NCBI RefSeq assembly: GCF_006345805.1
Contig: NC_042999.1
Span: forward strand, 146,258,001-146,322,000
Length of the DNA: 64,000 bases
Source of the DNA: Octopus sinensis
Lineage: Eukaryota
Direction: 5' to 3'
In this document: positions 39,749-52,740 of the stretch, piece by piece
Numbering within the stretch: the stretch's first letter is position 1
How the letters are laid out: each line of letters opens with the position of its first letter
Notes under the pieces: generated by a model
What the model saw: the letters and a program-made list of their open reading frames with translations, nothing else
What the model was told of the DNA's origin: nothing
The model's database searches: none
Made by a program: the position numbers and the translations under genes

Positions 39749-40127
39749 GTTTGTGTGTGTGTGTGTGCATATAAAAACGTGTATGTATATATACATATGT
39801 TTGTATGTATAGATGCATACATACATACATATATATAATATATATATATTGTGTGCACCTATATATTGCAAGAGACCTATCTGCATATAGTGTCTATTTG
39901 TATGTATCTGGATGTGTGTGTGTGTGTGTATGTGTGTGTGAATATTTGTTGTGTCCACACCTGCTTTATTTTATATCATTCACGTGTAATTACTTCATTT
40001 CTTTCTGGTTTCAGAGTTCCATGACTCTAAGATGTGTTTCTGCTTTGTCAAATAAGACAAGCAGAGTTATGAGCCCTTTTGCTATCACTGATAAGATTAA
40101 CAATCATAAATGTTTCACACTATAATC

Positions 40128-40158
<31 letters not shown>

Positions 40159-40326
40159 GATATAAAATATTTTCTGTTGTTATATTAGTATTAACAATGA
40201 TCAATCAATAGAAACTTCATTACTTCTTCTTCTTCATCATCATCATCATAATCATCACCATCTTCAAAATCATTACAATTCCTTTTACCTTGTCCCCACC
40301 GTTAATGAGATATTGGATCTTTGAAT

Positions 40327-40358
<32 letters not shown>

Positions 40359-40440
40359 ATTATTATTATTATCATTATTATTATTATCATTCAGACATAT
40401 AAAGAAGAAATGTTGTAAAAGACATAAACAAAACAATGAT

Positions 40441-40540
40441 NNNNNNNNNNNNNNNNNNNNNNNNNNNNNNNNNNNNNNNNNNNNNNNNNNNNNNNNNNNN
40501 NNNNNNNNNNNNNNNNNNNNNNNNNNNNNNNNNNNNNNNN
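40441..40540. other. Assembly gap (100 N)
   Basis: Exactly 100 n flanked by (TA)n; true length unknown. Confidence 0.99.
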
Positions 40541-40573
<33 letters not shown>

Positions 40574-41419
40574 TGTGTGTGTATATATATATATATCTAT
40601 ATATATAATATGTATATGTATAATTATACTAATAAACACACAAACATGTGTACGCACATAACCACTATAGATAATGTTTTCCTCTCCGTTATCCATGCAG
40701 CCCCCACTCACTCTTTCAGCTGTTATTGCATATATTGTTTTACAACTGACTGACGATTTGTTATTTGTTCTCAGTGTGAAGCTTTCCCTCTCATGCCTTT
40801 TAGTCACTTCTCTCGTCTTCTTTCGATGTCCAATACAAACCTCCATTTTAGCTACACGCCAACAACATCCCTCAACGTACGCAGCCACCGAGGTCCGTCA
40901 CACTATTCTGTAATTCCTTCATATTTTAGGCACTTCCTTCGATGAGCCCGCTCTGTGTTGCATTCCGAAAGTACCATCGATTAACAATGGATCCTTTTTT
41001 TCGTCTGGAGAACTTGGTATGTATGTATGTATGTATGTATGTATGTATGTATGTATGTATGTATGTATGTATGGATGGATGGATGGATGTATGTATCTAT
41101 GTATGTATGTACGTATGTATGTATTTATGTACGTATGTACGTATGTATGTATATTGTTTTATGCATGTATTCTCATGCATATAGTTAAATATCTAGACAT
41201 GCTCATATATATTTAAATGATAAACTTCTGGAAAGTTTTACAGATTTTTTCAGTTCCAATGATGAACTGGATCTGTAGTCCTTGAATTAACTTTCTCCTT
41301 TCTGGTTTTGAGAATCCTAATTTCTCAAGATCGGTATTTAGGCAGTGTTCCAATTATTACAGGTATAAATCTGAACTTGTAATCTGTATAGTGTAACTGC
41401 ATATTTCTCAGTAGTTCAG

Positions 41420-42700
41420 CGTATGTATGTATGTATGTATGTATGTATGTATGTATGTATGTATGTATGTATGTATGTATGTATGTATGTATGTATTATG
41501 TATGCATGCATGCATGCATGTATGCATCATGTATGTATGTATGTATGTATGTATGTATGTATGTATGTATGTATGTATGTATGTATGTATGTATGCATGC
41601 ATGCATGCATGCATGTATGTATGCATGCATGCATATATGTATGTATGTATGCATGCATATATATATGTATGTATGCATGCATGTATGTATGTATGCATGT
41701 ATGCATGTATGTATATGCATACATGTATGTATGTATGTAGAAGCATACATGTATGCATATGTATGTAACTATGCAAACAGATGAGTAGATACATAGGTAG
41801 ATACATACCAAGATGCACAAACGAATGAAGAAAATAAAGATATATAAGACAAGGAAGTGAAAGAAGTACAGTATTCACACGGTGAAACGGAGTACTTCAC
41901 ACACACGCGCACGCAGGCACGTGCACGCGCGCGCACACACATGCAATAAGAGAACAGCCTGAAAGAGAGAAATTGAGTAATATACAAGATGCATAAAATG
42001 ATTAAAGTATATTATTATGCATGAAACAGGAGACTATGTATGTATGTGTGTACGTATGTATGTGTGTATGTATGTATGTATGTAGGTATGTGTGTGTGTG
42101 TATGTATGTAAGTATGTATGTGTGTATGTATGTATGTGTGTATGTATGTATGTATGTATGTATGTATGTGTGTGTATGTATGTATGTAAGTATGTATGTA
42201 TGTATGTATGTATGCGTGTGTATGTATGTGTGAGTATGTATGTATGTGTGTATGTATGTATGTATGTATGTATGTATGTATGTATGTATGTATGTGTGTA
42301 TATATTTGTTTGTGTGTATGACTGTATATGTATGTGTGTGTATGCATGTGTGTATGTATGTATTATGTGTGTGTGTATGCATGTATGTGTGTGTAAGTGT
42401 ATGAATGTATGTGAGTGCATGTGTGTGTATGCATGTGTTTATGTATGCATGCATAATTGTGTTTGTATGTATGTATGCATGTTTGTGCTTGTTTGCATGT
42501 ATGTATGCATATATGTATGTGTATGTGTGTCTATGTGTGTATGCATGTGTGTGTGTATGCAAGTATGTCTATGCGTATATGAGTATGTTTGTGTACATGT
42601 ATGTATGTATGTATGTATGTATGTATGTGTGTGTGTGTGTGTATGTATGTGTGTGTGTGTAAATACGTATGCATGTGTGTATGCATACATGCATATAGTT
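41420..42700. repeat. Compound (GTAT)n/(GCAT)n/(GT)n satellite tracts
   Basis: Directly visible at 41420-41770 and 42030-42700. Confidence 0.92.
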
Positions 42701-43006
42701 ATTTCGGTAGATAGAGAGACAACCAAAGCGAAACCGTTCCGATAGAGGCAGAAAGATAATGTTATATACGCAAGCTCAAAAACAAACACACATAGATACC
42801 TACCTTCATTCGTATTTGTATATACACATCCATCCACATGTTACTTATATACGTACATATATACATAAATACGCACACACACATATGCATGTAGGTATGT
42901 ATATTTGTATGTATGTATGTATTTATGTATGTATGTATGTATGTATGTATGTATGGATGGATGTATATATGTGTGTGTGTATTCATATACATGTGTATAT
43001 ACGTAC

Positions 43007-43047
<41 letters not shown>

Positions 43048-43081
43048 ATTAGTATACACATATATATAATATATATACATA

Positions 43082-43967
43082 CAGGGTGCGATGGGTAAAT
43101 TGTTGACATTTTATGTTTTTAATTTAGCGCATGCGCATTATTTGTTTTTGAGTTTGTCGACTACACATTATAGTAGGGTCAGTGGGGCACCGTCTGTGAG
43201 AAAAACGGCACCGTGACGCAATTCACTCTGCCAGAAATTTGGAAACGACACGCTGTACTGCTTGGTATTCACACTGGAGGCTCCAATACGAACATTTCAG
43301 AGTGTTTTTGTATCAATCTGAGGACAGTGCAATCTGTGGACATGTACCGAGAGTGATAAAAGTCAAACATCCTGTCAACATCATGGTGTTTGGAGAGATT
43401 GCTAGTGATGGCGAAGTTATGGCAGCATTCATCTTCCCACACGGCTTCAGACTCAACGCAGAGGCCTATTTCAATTGTGTGGAGAAGATAGTGCAGCCCT
43501 GGGTCAAGAGGGTGGCTGCTGGAAGGCCATATATCTGGAAAAGGACTCTGCATTATGCCACACAAGCAAGAGAACCCAGTCATGGCTGTCAGACAATTTC
43601 TGCGACCACATCACCCCTAACATCTGGCTATCTAACGCCCCAGACTGAAATCACCTTGATTATTATCTAGGGTGCAGTTGAACGAGAGACCAACAAAACT
43701 CCTTGTAACACCAAAGTTGAACTGAAGGCAAGGATTATGGTAGCATTCACTAACTTAAACAAGGAGACCGCCCAGAAGAGTTGCAGAAGATTCCGAAGTC
43801 GTTTGGAGGTCGTGTTTGAAGCTAATGGCGATTTAATTGAATAAATTTACTCTTTAGTATTTCAAGATTTTTTATGTTATTTTGGTAAATATATCTGTCA
43901 AAATGAGATGTCAAGTGCTATTTTCATTTTTGTGTAATTTAGATGACAGTTTATTCACCACACCCTG
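43082..43967 (+). mobile_element. maT-family (DD37D) Tc1/mariner transposon, internally deleted
   Basis: TA|CAGGGTG...CACCCTG|TA termini with imperfect TIRs of about 26 bp; transposase remnant KHPVNIMVFG...D-SALCHTSKRTQSWLSDNFCDHITPNIWLSNAPD*NHL-D has 37 residues between the second and third Asp. Confidence 0.88.
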
Positions 43968-44149
43968 TACATATATGTATGAATATAAATATACACACGC
44001 ATATGTATGTATATGATGCATCTGTATATGTGTTTGTGTTTTTGCACGTGTATGCTGGTATATGTATGTTTGCTTTCACAATACGTGATGAATTTACTTT
44101 AATCTGGTGGGCTTGTGTTTTCCATAGTTTGAAATAGAATTTTCTGAAA

Positions 44150-44720
44150 TGTCTGCATTTAATGAAAATAACGGATCTAGGAAGTAATAGGTTATTTGTT
44201 AATTGAAATTTCTTGGGCCGAAACCCTTTTTCGGATCACACAAATAACATGAGATGGTTTAATTTATGTACGGTTTTCATCGTTCAACCGTAGCTCATAG
44301 CTCTTAAATTCTAAAGTGGCAGTCCGCTTCTCTATACTTTTGAGAGAAGTGTGATTAAATTAGCAGCGTTAGAATTAACTTAATACCCCTTTTGGCATAA
44401 TATCTTTTACGGTATCCAATCCTTTTCTCTAGTAGAAATAACTCCAGCCTCCGAAATAATTTCCTCAGAGAGGCAAGATTAATTAAAAATACATTTCTCT
44501 CGGTGGGTTTGTGAAGTTTCTTGAAATTATATAGTTTAATGTTTGTTGTACAACTACTACATGATTTTAAATTGCTTCTATTAAAGAATTCTGATCGGGA
44601 AATGTTTATTTATCAGACCTGAAAAAATTCGGTTGTATTGGATTTGACATTTAATGAGAAAGAGTTCTCAAACAAATGGTTTATCGAAATCTTTTATTGC
44701 TGGTAAGCCGCAGGAGATCA
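44150..44720 (-). mobile_element. Highly degenerate Penelope-like C-terminal (GIY-YIG region) remnant
   Basis: Stop-riddled minus-strand translation gives FSGLINKHFP and CLSEEIISEAGV, resembling PLE FLxLIDKHFP and CLxxxIIYxAxV motifs. Confidence 0.4.
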
Positions 44721-45012
44721 TCGGTATAATTTACCTTATATTTACTTGCTGATTGTGAGACATAGTGAGAGTGGTTATATCGATTATCTTTATTTGACAG
44801 TAGTTTAGAGAATCTTCTGCTAATAATTTTGATTAGATTTTTAAAAACTGCAGGCGACACGAAATTCTCGTTCCGTTCACAACATATTTTATGCTTATCT
44901 CTACTTATCTCTGTGCGATCACCCCATAATCTCTAAGCAAAATTCTCTCACTGTTAGCCTTTGTCTCTGTCTCTATGTACATATATACATATATGTACAC
45001 ACACACACGCAC

Positions 45013-45074
<62 letters not shown>

Positions 45075-45854
45075 GCGCACAAACATTTTTACGGAATCCT
45101 ACGTTTTCGGCAATGGAGATGCCGATTCTGAAAAAAAATTTTTTCAAAAGTCGCAACTTATATATTTATATATGTATAAAAAATATATATATAAATACAA
45201 AATGGGACAAGAACGCAAAACACTCAAAGAGACGACACAAAAAACGGATGGGTCATTCGAAGCCTCTAATCTTCAGTCAAGAACCGGATCATCCTCGCAA
45301 TTTCGGTTGATTAATCTTGAGATCGCTCCGATCCGGCCAGCCCCAAGGAAAAACTAAGCTACAAGCATTAAATTTCTTGGAAAAAGGATAGAATGTATAC
45401 GAAACAAAGACATTTGCACATCACGAAATAATGCTTTAAAGGATATAACCAGTACACCAGCAGGGTATATAATATATTTTCTTAATTATCTCCTAATTAA
45501 GCTGAACCATAAATTTATCAATTATGAAGGGACTACACGTGTTTCGGTAATAGAAGATTACGATACATATACATACACACAAATGTATACATACATAATA
45601 CATGCATACATACATATGGTATCTATATATAAACATATATATATATATTATATATATATATATATATATTATATATAATTATTCCAACATATCTTCAGGT
45701 TCTTTTTCAAAAAATTAATCTGACTTGACATCCCTTTAAAAAATGAGCGTTAAATTAAGCAATAAATTAAACATTAAAATTAAAAATTATAATATATAAA
45801 ATTAAGAATTAAAACATAAATTATAAATTATAAAAATGAATTAGTATATATATC

Positions 45855-46243
45855 AGGCAGGAGTGGCTTGTGTAAGTAGCTTGCTAACCAACACATGGTT
45901 CGGGGTCAGTCCCACTGCGTGGCAACTTGGGCAAGTGTCTTCTGCTATAGCCCCGGGCCGACCAATGCCTTGTGAGTGGATTTGGTAGACGGAAACTGAA
46001 AGAAGCTGTCGTATATATGTATATAATATATATATATATATTAATATATATATAAGTGTGTGTGTATATGTTTTGTGGTGTCTGTGTTTGTCCCCTAGCA
46101 TTGCTTGACAACCGAGTGCTGGTGTGTTTACGTCCCCGTCACTTAGCGGTTCGGCAACAGAGACCGATAGAATAAGTACGGGCTTACAAAGAATAAGTCC
46201 CGGGGTCGATTTGCTCGACTAAATGACTGAAACAAGTAAAGAG
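45855..46243 (+). mobile_element. SINE family A inserted in the left arm of the foldback
   Basis: Full head and body, CpGs retained; removing it makes the left arm match the contiguous right arm. Confidence 0.88.
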
Positions 46244-46678
46244 TATCAACCTTATAAAGTCAAGTATATAATGTCAAATACAAAATATAAGATATAAAAT
46301 TATACAACAGAATAAAAATGTCTGTGTTTAAATGTGAAATATAACAAGAAAAATGCAAATACATATCTTCCATTTTTCTTGTTATATCTCACATTTAAAT
46401 ACGAACATTTTTATTCTGATGTATTTGACATTATATACTTGACCTTATAAGGTTGATATAAATACTAATTCGTATTTATAATGTATAATTTATAAGTTTT
46501 AATTCTTAATTTTGTAAGTATAACTTTTATTTTTAATTTTTAATTTTTTATTTTTGATGTTTAATTTATTACTTAATTTAAACGCTTATTTTTTTAAAGG
46601 GATTGTAGAATTAGATTAACAATATTTTGAAAAAGAACCTGAAGATGTGTTGGAATAATTGTAAATCTGATGATTGTA

Positions 46679-46717
<39 letters not shown>

Positions 46718-46756
46718 ATCGCATTTTGATTTGTTACATATTTCTCGATAAATTTT

Positions 46757-47010
46757 GAGCGTTAGACTATATACCAGAAATCCCTAGTTGTCGGGTTCGT
46801 TCTGCGTCTGCGCAGTGATCTGATTAGTTAGAAAGAGCAAATTAGTAGACGCACATGTGTCTATCGAGGTGCGTTTCAGAATAACAGGAATCTTACGGAA
46901 GAGCCTACCTGAGTAAATAAATATTATTTTTATTGATGAAAAAGGCGAAACTGCAGTCTAAGATGAACCGAGTTAGTAAAAGTTTTTATTTTCATTTCAC
47001 TAAATTTATC
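46757..47010 (+). mobile_element. Putative tRNA-headed element with a partial hammerhead-like motif
   Basis: B-box-like GGGTTCGTTC at about 46793; TTTTA-TTGATGA-aaaaggc-GAAAC-TGCA-GTC-TAAGA at 46928-46963. Confidence 0.35.
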
Positions 47011-47450
47011 AAGCTTCTGTGTATCTAGTACATACTTCGCCTTTAATGTACTTATATATGAATAATATGGCTGTGCTAGAAACACCAGCGATAATAATTA
47101 ATTTTATTTTATCGCATTTTGAATGGTTGTTATCATATATATACTATATATATATATATATATATAATTATATATATATATGTTTGTATATGCATGTATA
47201 AGTATTGTAATCTCCATACTGAAACACGGTAGTTCCTTCATAATTGATAAATTTAAGGTTTAACATAAGTAGGAGATAATTGAGGAAGTATATTATATAC
47301 CCTGCTGGTATACTGGTTATATCCTTTAAAGTATTATTTTGTGATGTGCAAATAATGGATATCATGAGTTTACTTACAGATATACTCAGGTTATTTTTTG
47401 TATTATCAAAAATTTGAATACCCGCATATCCATTAATCCCACAAAACTGC

Positions 47451-47489
<39 letters not shown>

Positions 47490-48184
47490 TTTATCGGATG
47501 CACTCAAAGTAGATAAAGCTATAAATCATAGCATGGTGTAAATACTGGAGTATAAATAAACCTCTTCAGATAGAAAAAAGTCGAAGGCTATCTTTGGCTT
47601 TCTCTGTCCAAAGAGTTTTGAAATCAGCATTTACACGCAGCAAATTATAGTTTCATCGTTTTAAAGATTGCCGATAGAAGCACATTATTTCATGTTCTCT
47701 CGATGTTTCTAAAATCCTATGAAGCACGCACATACACACACACACATGTAAAGGTAATATCCAAGGATCAAGGCGTAGAACGTTATTATGATTCGAGCAA
47801 TCCGTAGAAGGTATAAAAAAAAACAGCTTTCAAGAACGGTAGTGATTTATTGACATAGAAAGTTGTAAATTTTTCCCGTATCGGTGTTCGATAAGCTGAA
47901 AAAAGTTATTTCATACTTCACGGTTAGCAAGAAAATATTCTATTTTTGTATCTTCTTATATTTTACATTTCCCCTAACGTTTTGGTCTCCCTGCACCTTC
48001 CTTCCGAACATGAAAATATATAAGCACTCACGCGCGCAGGCGCACCTACAAGACACTACAGCCATACAAAAATATACACGCGTGTTCGTACTAAAATGCG
48101 CTTGTATAGTTTTAAAGTCAAGCGATAAACTACCAACTTACCTAGAACTATGTTCTCCTATTGACCAAAAACATTATCTTCCAC

Positions 48185-48511
48185 CAGAGGTTCTCAAACT
48201 TTTTGGGCTACTGCGACCCCCCCCCATAGCCACTTAATACCCTCAGCGCCCCACCCCTATTTTTATGTGTAAATAAATATTTTATATTTTACTAATTTAT
48301 ATATACTATGAATCATTTGATATTTAACATGATATATAATTTGTATACAATACTTTATTATAAATTCATAGCATCCCCCAATCCACTTCCTTCCTCGTAA
48401 TGCCTTCGTTTTCTCTACTTCCCTCCCGTACCACCCCCTTAGACACCAGCGCCCACCTAGACTCTCTCAATGCCCACCGAGAGGCAGTAGTACCCACTTT
48501 GAGAACCTATG
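48185..48511. mobile_element. hAT (Charlie-like) MITE
   Basis: TIRs CAGAGGTTCTCAAAC / CTTTGAGAACCTATG; exact 8-bp TSD TCTTCCAC at 48177-48184 and 48512-48519. Confidence 0.9.
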
Positions 48512-49057
48512 TCTTCCACCTTCCTCCCCTTCTCTTCTTCTTCTAACAAATTCTAAATTACTACCTCTCCTATATCTTCTCTTTCTCTCCACCTCTTGAC
48601 ATTCCTCACTTTTATTTTTCTTTGACTCTTTTTAAATGTATTTATAGGGTGCCACAATATATATACTTATTTATTCTACAGTATACTCAGTAAATGACCC
48701 CAGCCTAAATTCACAAAGACGTTCCAGCTTCAATAATACCAAATTTCCTCCCTGCTCTTCCCCCTCTTTTTTCTTTGTGTTTTCCACGCATTTTCAATAG
48801 AATCTCCAGCGAGATTTGGAACATGGGATCCCATGACGGTAATGTAACCTTCATTTGACTAAGGTATCTTTGGCCTGACGAATAGCTAGCGGATTACCCT
48901 TCGTTTGGGTAATTACTACTTCCGAGGTTCTGCTAGCTATGAAACATATACAGCCTGGATTCTATGTACTCCATTCCCTGAATTTGGATATATAGACACA
49001 TATATACATACTTAAATACATAGATACATAGATACATACATAAATACAACACACACA

Positions 49058-49088
<31 letters not shown>

Positions 49089-49188
49089 GTATATATATAT
49101 ATATACACAACACACACTTATGAATGTGATGTATATATATATATATATATGTATAATTTCTTTGACATATATATATGCATATATATAT

Positions 49189-49225
<37 letters not shown>

Positions 49226-49313
49226 GAGAGTATAACTCCAAACTTATAGGGAAAAATTCAATTTAGATTTTTTGTGATCGAGTTATATGTTTTATAATAA
49301 TTTTATTTTCTCT

Positions 49314-49446
49314 TATGATTTGGTTTATGCCTATCATTGTTTGAATTACATAATAGTGGTTTTCCTCTAATTTATATATATATTTTATGATTTGGTTTAT
49401 GCCTATCATTGTTTGAATTACATAATAGTGGTTTTTCTCTAATTTA

Positions 49447-49452
<6 letters not shown>
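49314..49452. repeat. 72-bp tandem duplication; related to the arm sequence of the 23.4-kb palindrome
   Basis: tatgatttggtttatgcctatcattgtttgaattacataatagtggtttt.ctctaatttatatata at 49314 and 49386. Confidence 0.85.
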
Positions 49453-49491
<39 letters not shown>

Positions 49492-49756
49492 ATATATCAC
49501 AATCAAGGAACGGCCATAATAGGCCATTCACCCACTAGAAATAACAGCCAAAGCTTCAACCGCAAAATAACATTAATTCCGCAAACCAGGAGAAAATTAA
49601 AAAACATTTACCCTGTAATTTCTTATACGATGCACCGTTTCATCTACTGTGTTCCCATAGGCGCTGGTGGCAAAAAAATTCTACAAATTTTTTTTTTGCC
49701 ACCCTATATTGATTAATATATATATATATATATAATATATATAATATATATATATA

Positions 49757-50790
49757 CCCACACGTACATACATACACACTCACACCACATACACACACAC
49801 ACAACACACGGACATACATCTATGCACACACATACATACACACATACTCACATACATTCATCGGACACATGCCACCCGGCATACCACACAGACACACTCA
49901 CACATCCACACACATACAACTTACGCACATACTCGCAGGCGCGCCGCACGCACGCGCTTGCGCCGGTTCGCGCACGCATACGCGCCGCAGGCACCTCGCT
50001 CTTGGACCCGACAAGACCTCCCGCCCGTCCTGGGACCGTCGCGTGTCGTTGGGTTTTCCCACGCCCGTCTCCGCGGGGACCACTCTTCAATCTTCCCCTC
50101 AGCTGGAGTCCTTTTCCTTAACCCCCCCCTTTTTCGTTACACACACGCGCACACATATACACACATTGCTTAAATATATACATTACTCCCACACACATTC
50201 AATCTACTCGCCATTTTATACCACCACGACACTGGACACACACACACACTACTACTCAACACACGCTGGCACGCTACATACGCCCCCACCCCTTCCCCTC
50301 CCTCCCTTCCCTTCCTTCTTTTTCACTACTGACCTTTGTCTGCTAAGCTGACCACTATCTCGCCCTTAACCTCACACGCCTACACACGACGCACACACTA
50401 ACACACACATATATATTTTTTTGTTTTTTATCTCGCCTCACACACACACATACACACAACGCACACGCACACACTCACACATAAACACACATCTGTTGCG
50501 TTACCAACCTTGTCTCCACTCTTTTGCCTTTAAAAACACCACTTTGCTCTGTTTTCGTAAACATCCGCCTTTCACCATGTGCAAATCGTAAACACCAGTC
50601 GTCTTTTTCTCTTTCCCTGTTGCCCGCTCTGGGATCTTTCTTTCCTCTCTTCCTTCTTTATGTTTCCGACGAAGAGCTCCGCTCGAAACGTCATACCTCC
50701 CTGCTTCCATTTCCTGAGCGCCTATTAATAATAATACTGTAATTGTTTCCATTGGTGTTGTTTTTTTGTTTCCCGTTTGGATTAAATTAT
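49757..50790 (+). mobile_element. Non-autonomous Penelope-related element (CpG-rich, CA-repeat body, hammerhead-like 3' end)
   Basis: No RT coding; its 3' end is shared with 5052-5300 and has the same layout as the PLE pseudo-LTR. Confidence 0.55.
50662..50696 (+). ncRNA. Minimal type I hammerhead-like motif (U4C variant, GUC site)
   Basis: GTTT-CCGACGA-A-GAGC-tcc-GCTC-GAAA-CG-TC-ATAC; stem I pairs at 3 of 4 positions. Confidence 0.55.
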
Positions 50791-50833
50791 AAATTAATAT
50801 ATATATATTATATATATATAATATATTATATTA

Positions 50834-50865
<32 letters not shown>

Positions 50866-50868
50866 TGT

Positions 50869-51181
50869 GGAGGCGCAATGGCCCAGTGGTTAGGGCAGCG
50901 GTCTCGCGGTTGTAGGATCGCAGTTTCGATCCCCAAACTGGGCGTTGTGAGTATTTATTGAGCGAAAACACCTAAAGCTCCACGAGGCTCCGACAGGGGA
51001 TGGTGGCGATCCATGCTGTGCTCTTTCGACACAACTTTCTCTCACTCTTTCTTCTGTTGGCCTGCTCGCTTAGGGTGGCGTCATTTGAAGGCTAAAACAA
51101 TGCGAAGCGCATTGTGACCAGTGATGGATAGCAACATCTGATAGCCTGGTCGGTCACGGTGATCACGGTGATCACGGTGAT
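50869..51181 (+). mobile_element. tRNA-derived SINE family D with (CACGGTGAT)3 tail
   Basis: A-box TGGCCCAGTGG, B-box-like AGTTTCGATCCC, 9-bp tandem tail at 51155-51181. Confidence 0.8.
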
Positions 51182-52429
51182 ATATATATATATATATATA
51201 GTGAATAACTATACGGCAAAGTGACTTATTAGCGCTATCAAATACTAACACACTGATGACAAACAAACTGGTAAAGTATGATTTCTTGTCATGCATAATT
51301 CTGTCTGTGTTGTTGTCATTAATGCTGCATTGGTAGCATATAGTGTTTTAGTATGTTGTAGAGTGCCAGAGAGCCGGAACCTAATAATCCATATGTGTGC
51401 CATGAAAATCCTTTCACAAAAAACCAAGAATGTTCTCCTCAATTTATTTCTTGTATATATTTTTATCGTCTTCCATGTAAACGAATGTAAATCTAAGTGG
51501 ATTTCGGTATGTTCAAAATTGTGCTCAGTAAGACTTTATTAACTAGAGTCTGATGTTGGTGAGAGAGGAGAGTTCACTCGTACTGTGTTGAGTTAATAGC
51601 AAAGATACTCAAGTCTCTAGAGCACGCTTCTAATTATAAATAATAATTTTGCAGGACTACAGCTAATCTCTATATGTGGGAGGGACACTTTATAATTACC
51701 GCTTGTCTCAGGTGTAACGCTGAATTAAAGTTGTCTTCCCTATGAATCTTCTTCAAATGGTCTTGTATTACAAATCTTCATTTTTAATTAACAAAATGCA
51801 GAAGTCTCAAATTTTCAAAATGAAATGTTGATTGAAGCAATTGAATTTGTATCTATTTTTGTATGGCGATGTAGGACAAATTCTTGCTGGATTAATTACA
51901 CACGAACCCATACACAGATACTCTCTCTCTTTCTTTTATATGCATATACCCACGCACATATGATAATTCTAATTTTATGATACACGCACATGCAAACACA
52001 CTCTATCACAAATACGCCCTTACATACACATAATGGTCTGCTACTTTGAAGGTGGTTTATATGTCTTCTGTACTGCTGTATATCCTTTAATGGGTGCTTA
52101 ACAAGTATTGTTTTAGATAAATCATTGGTGAAAGGGGAAAAGAGAAACATTTAGGAGAACAGAACTATATACTGTAAAGGAATAAAAGTTGTACAATAAG
52201 TGGGGGAATGAAGAATGAAAGACAATGAATAAAAGATCAAAAGCAGCGAGAAGTTAAAATAGAAAAGATTACATTTTATGTCTAATGAATGAAATATTTA
52301 TGTTGTAGACGGTGTGATGACGAATTCATGACCATTGATTGTATAACGGAAACTGACTTATATTTCACTCTCACTAACCTTAGACAGAGAAGCAATCACA
52401 AACCTATTAAATACGCTAACTAAGCACCT

Positions 52430-52740
52430 CGATCTCTAATGGTTTCCCCTCGCAATCCAATCACATATAAAATTCACAGCTAAAATACTTGCTTTTCTTT
52501 TCAGGGTCAGAAACCACTTTAAATTTGAATATTTGCTGACTTTCTACAAAGCTCAAGTAAGATCCACAATGGAATACTGCTGTTACATCTGGAGACAATG
52601 CTGTTACTACACGCACAAACATAGGAGATTGCATCATCCAATATATTGACAAAGAGCCGTTTATTATCTCTTGCTAAACCCTGTTGTCCACAAACATGCT
52701 GCCCCTTTGCCATACTCTGCCTGTTCTACCCCTACTAATC
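52430..52740 (+). mobile_element. CR1/L2/Jockey-type LINE RT C-terminal remnant
   Basis: FLFRVRNHFKFEYLLTFYKAQVRSTMEYCCYIW resembles the LLTLYKAQVRPxMEYCSxIW motif. Confidence 0.65.

Larger units (their letters stand above)
45412..47353. repeat. Large interrupted inverted repeat (foldback)
   Basis: Arm pairs 45412-45568/47202-47353, 45677-45850/46461-46661 and 46245-46352/46369-46458; centre about 46360. Confidence 0.85.

Noticed and set aside
40930-41016. 87-nt candidate exon (ttttAG ... G|GTATGT), open in two frames
   Set aside because: The donor is simply the start of a (GTAT)n tract and neither translation is recognisable.
45250-45285. Minus-strand CTGAAGA...CGAATGACC
   Set aside because: GAAT instead of GAAA and no convincing stem II.
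50869-50945. tRNA-like sequences here and at 6876, 6745 and 62250
   Set aside because: A/B boxes are present but there is no complete cloverleaf, and each runs into a SINE body; treated as SINE heads rather than tRNA genes.
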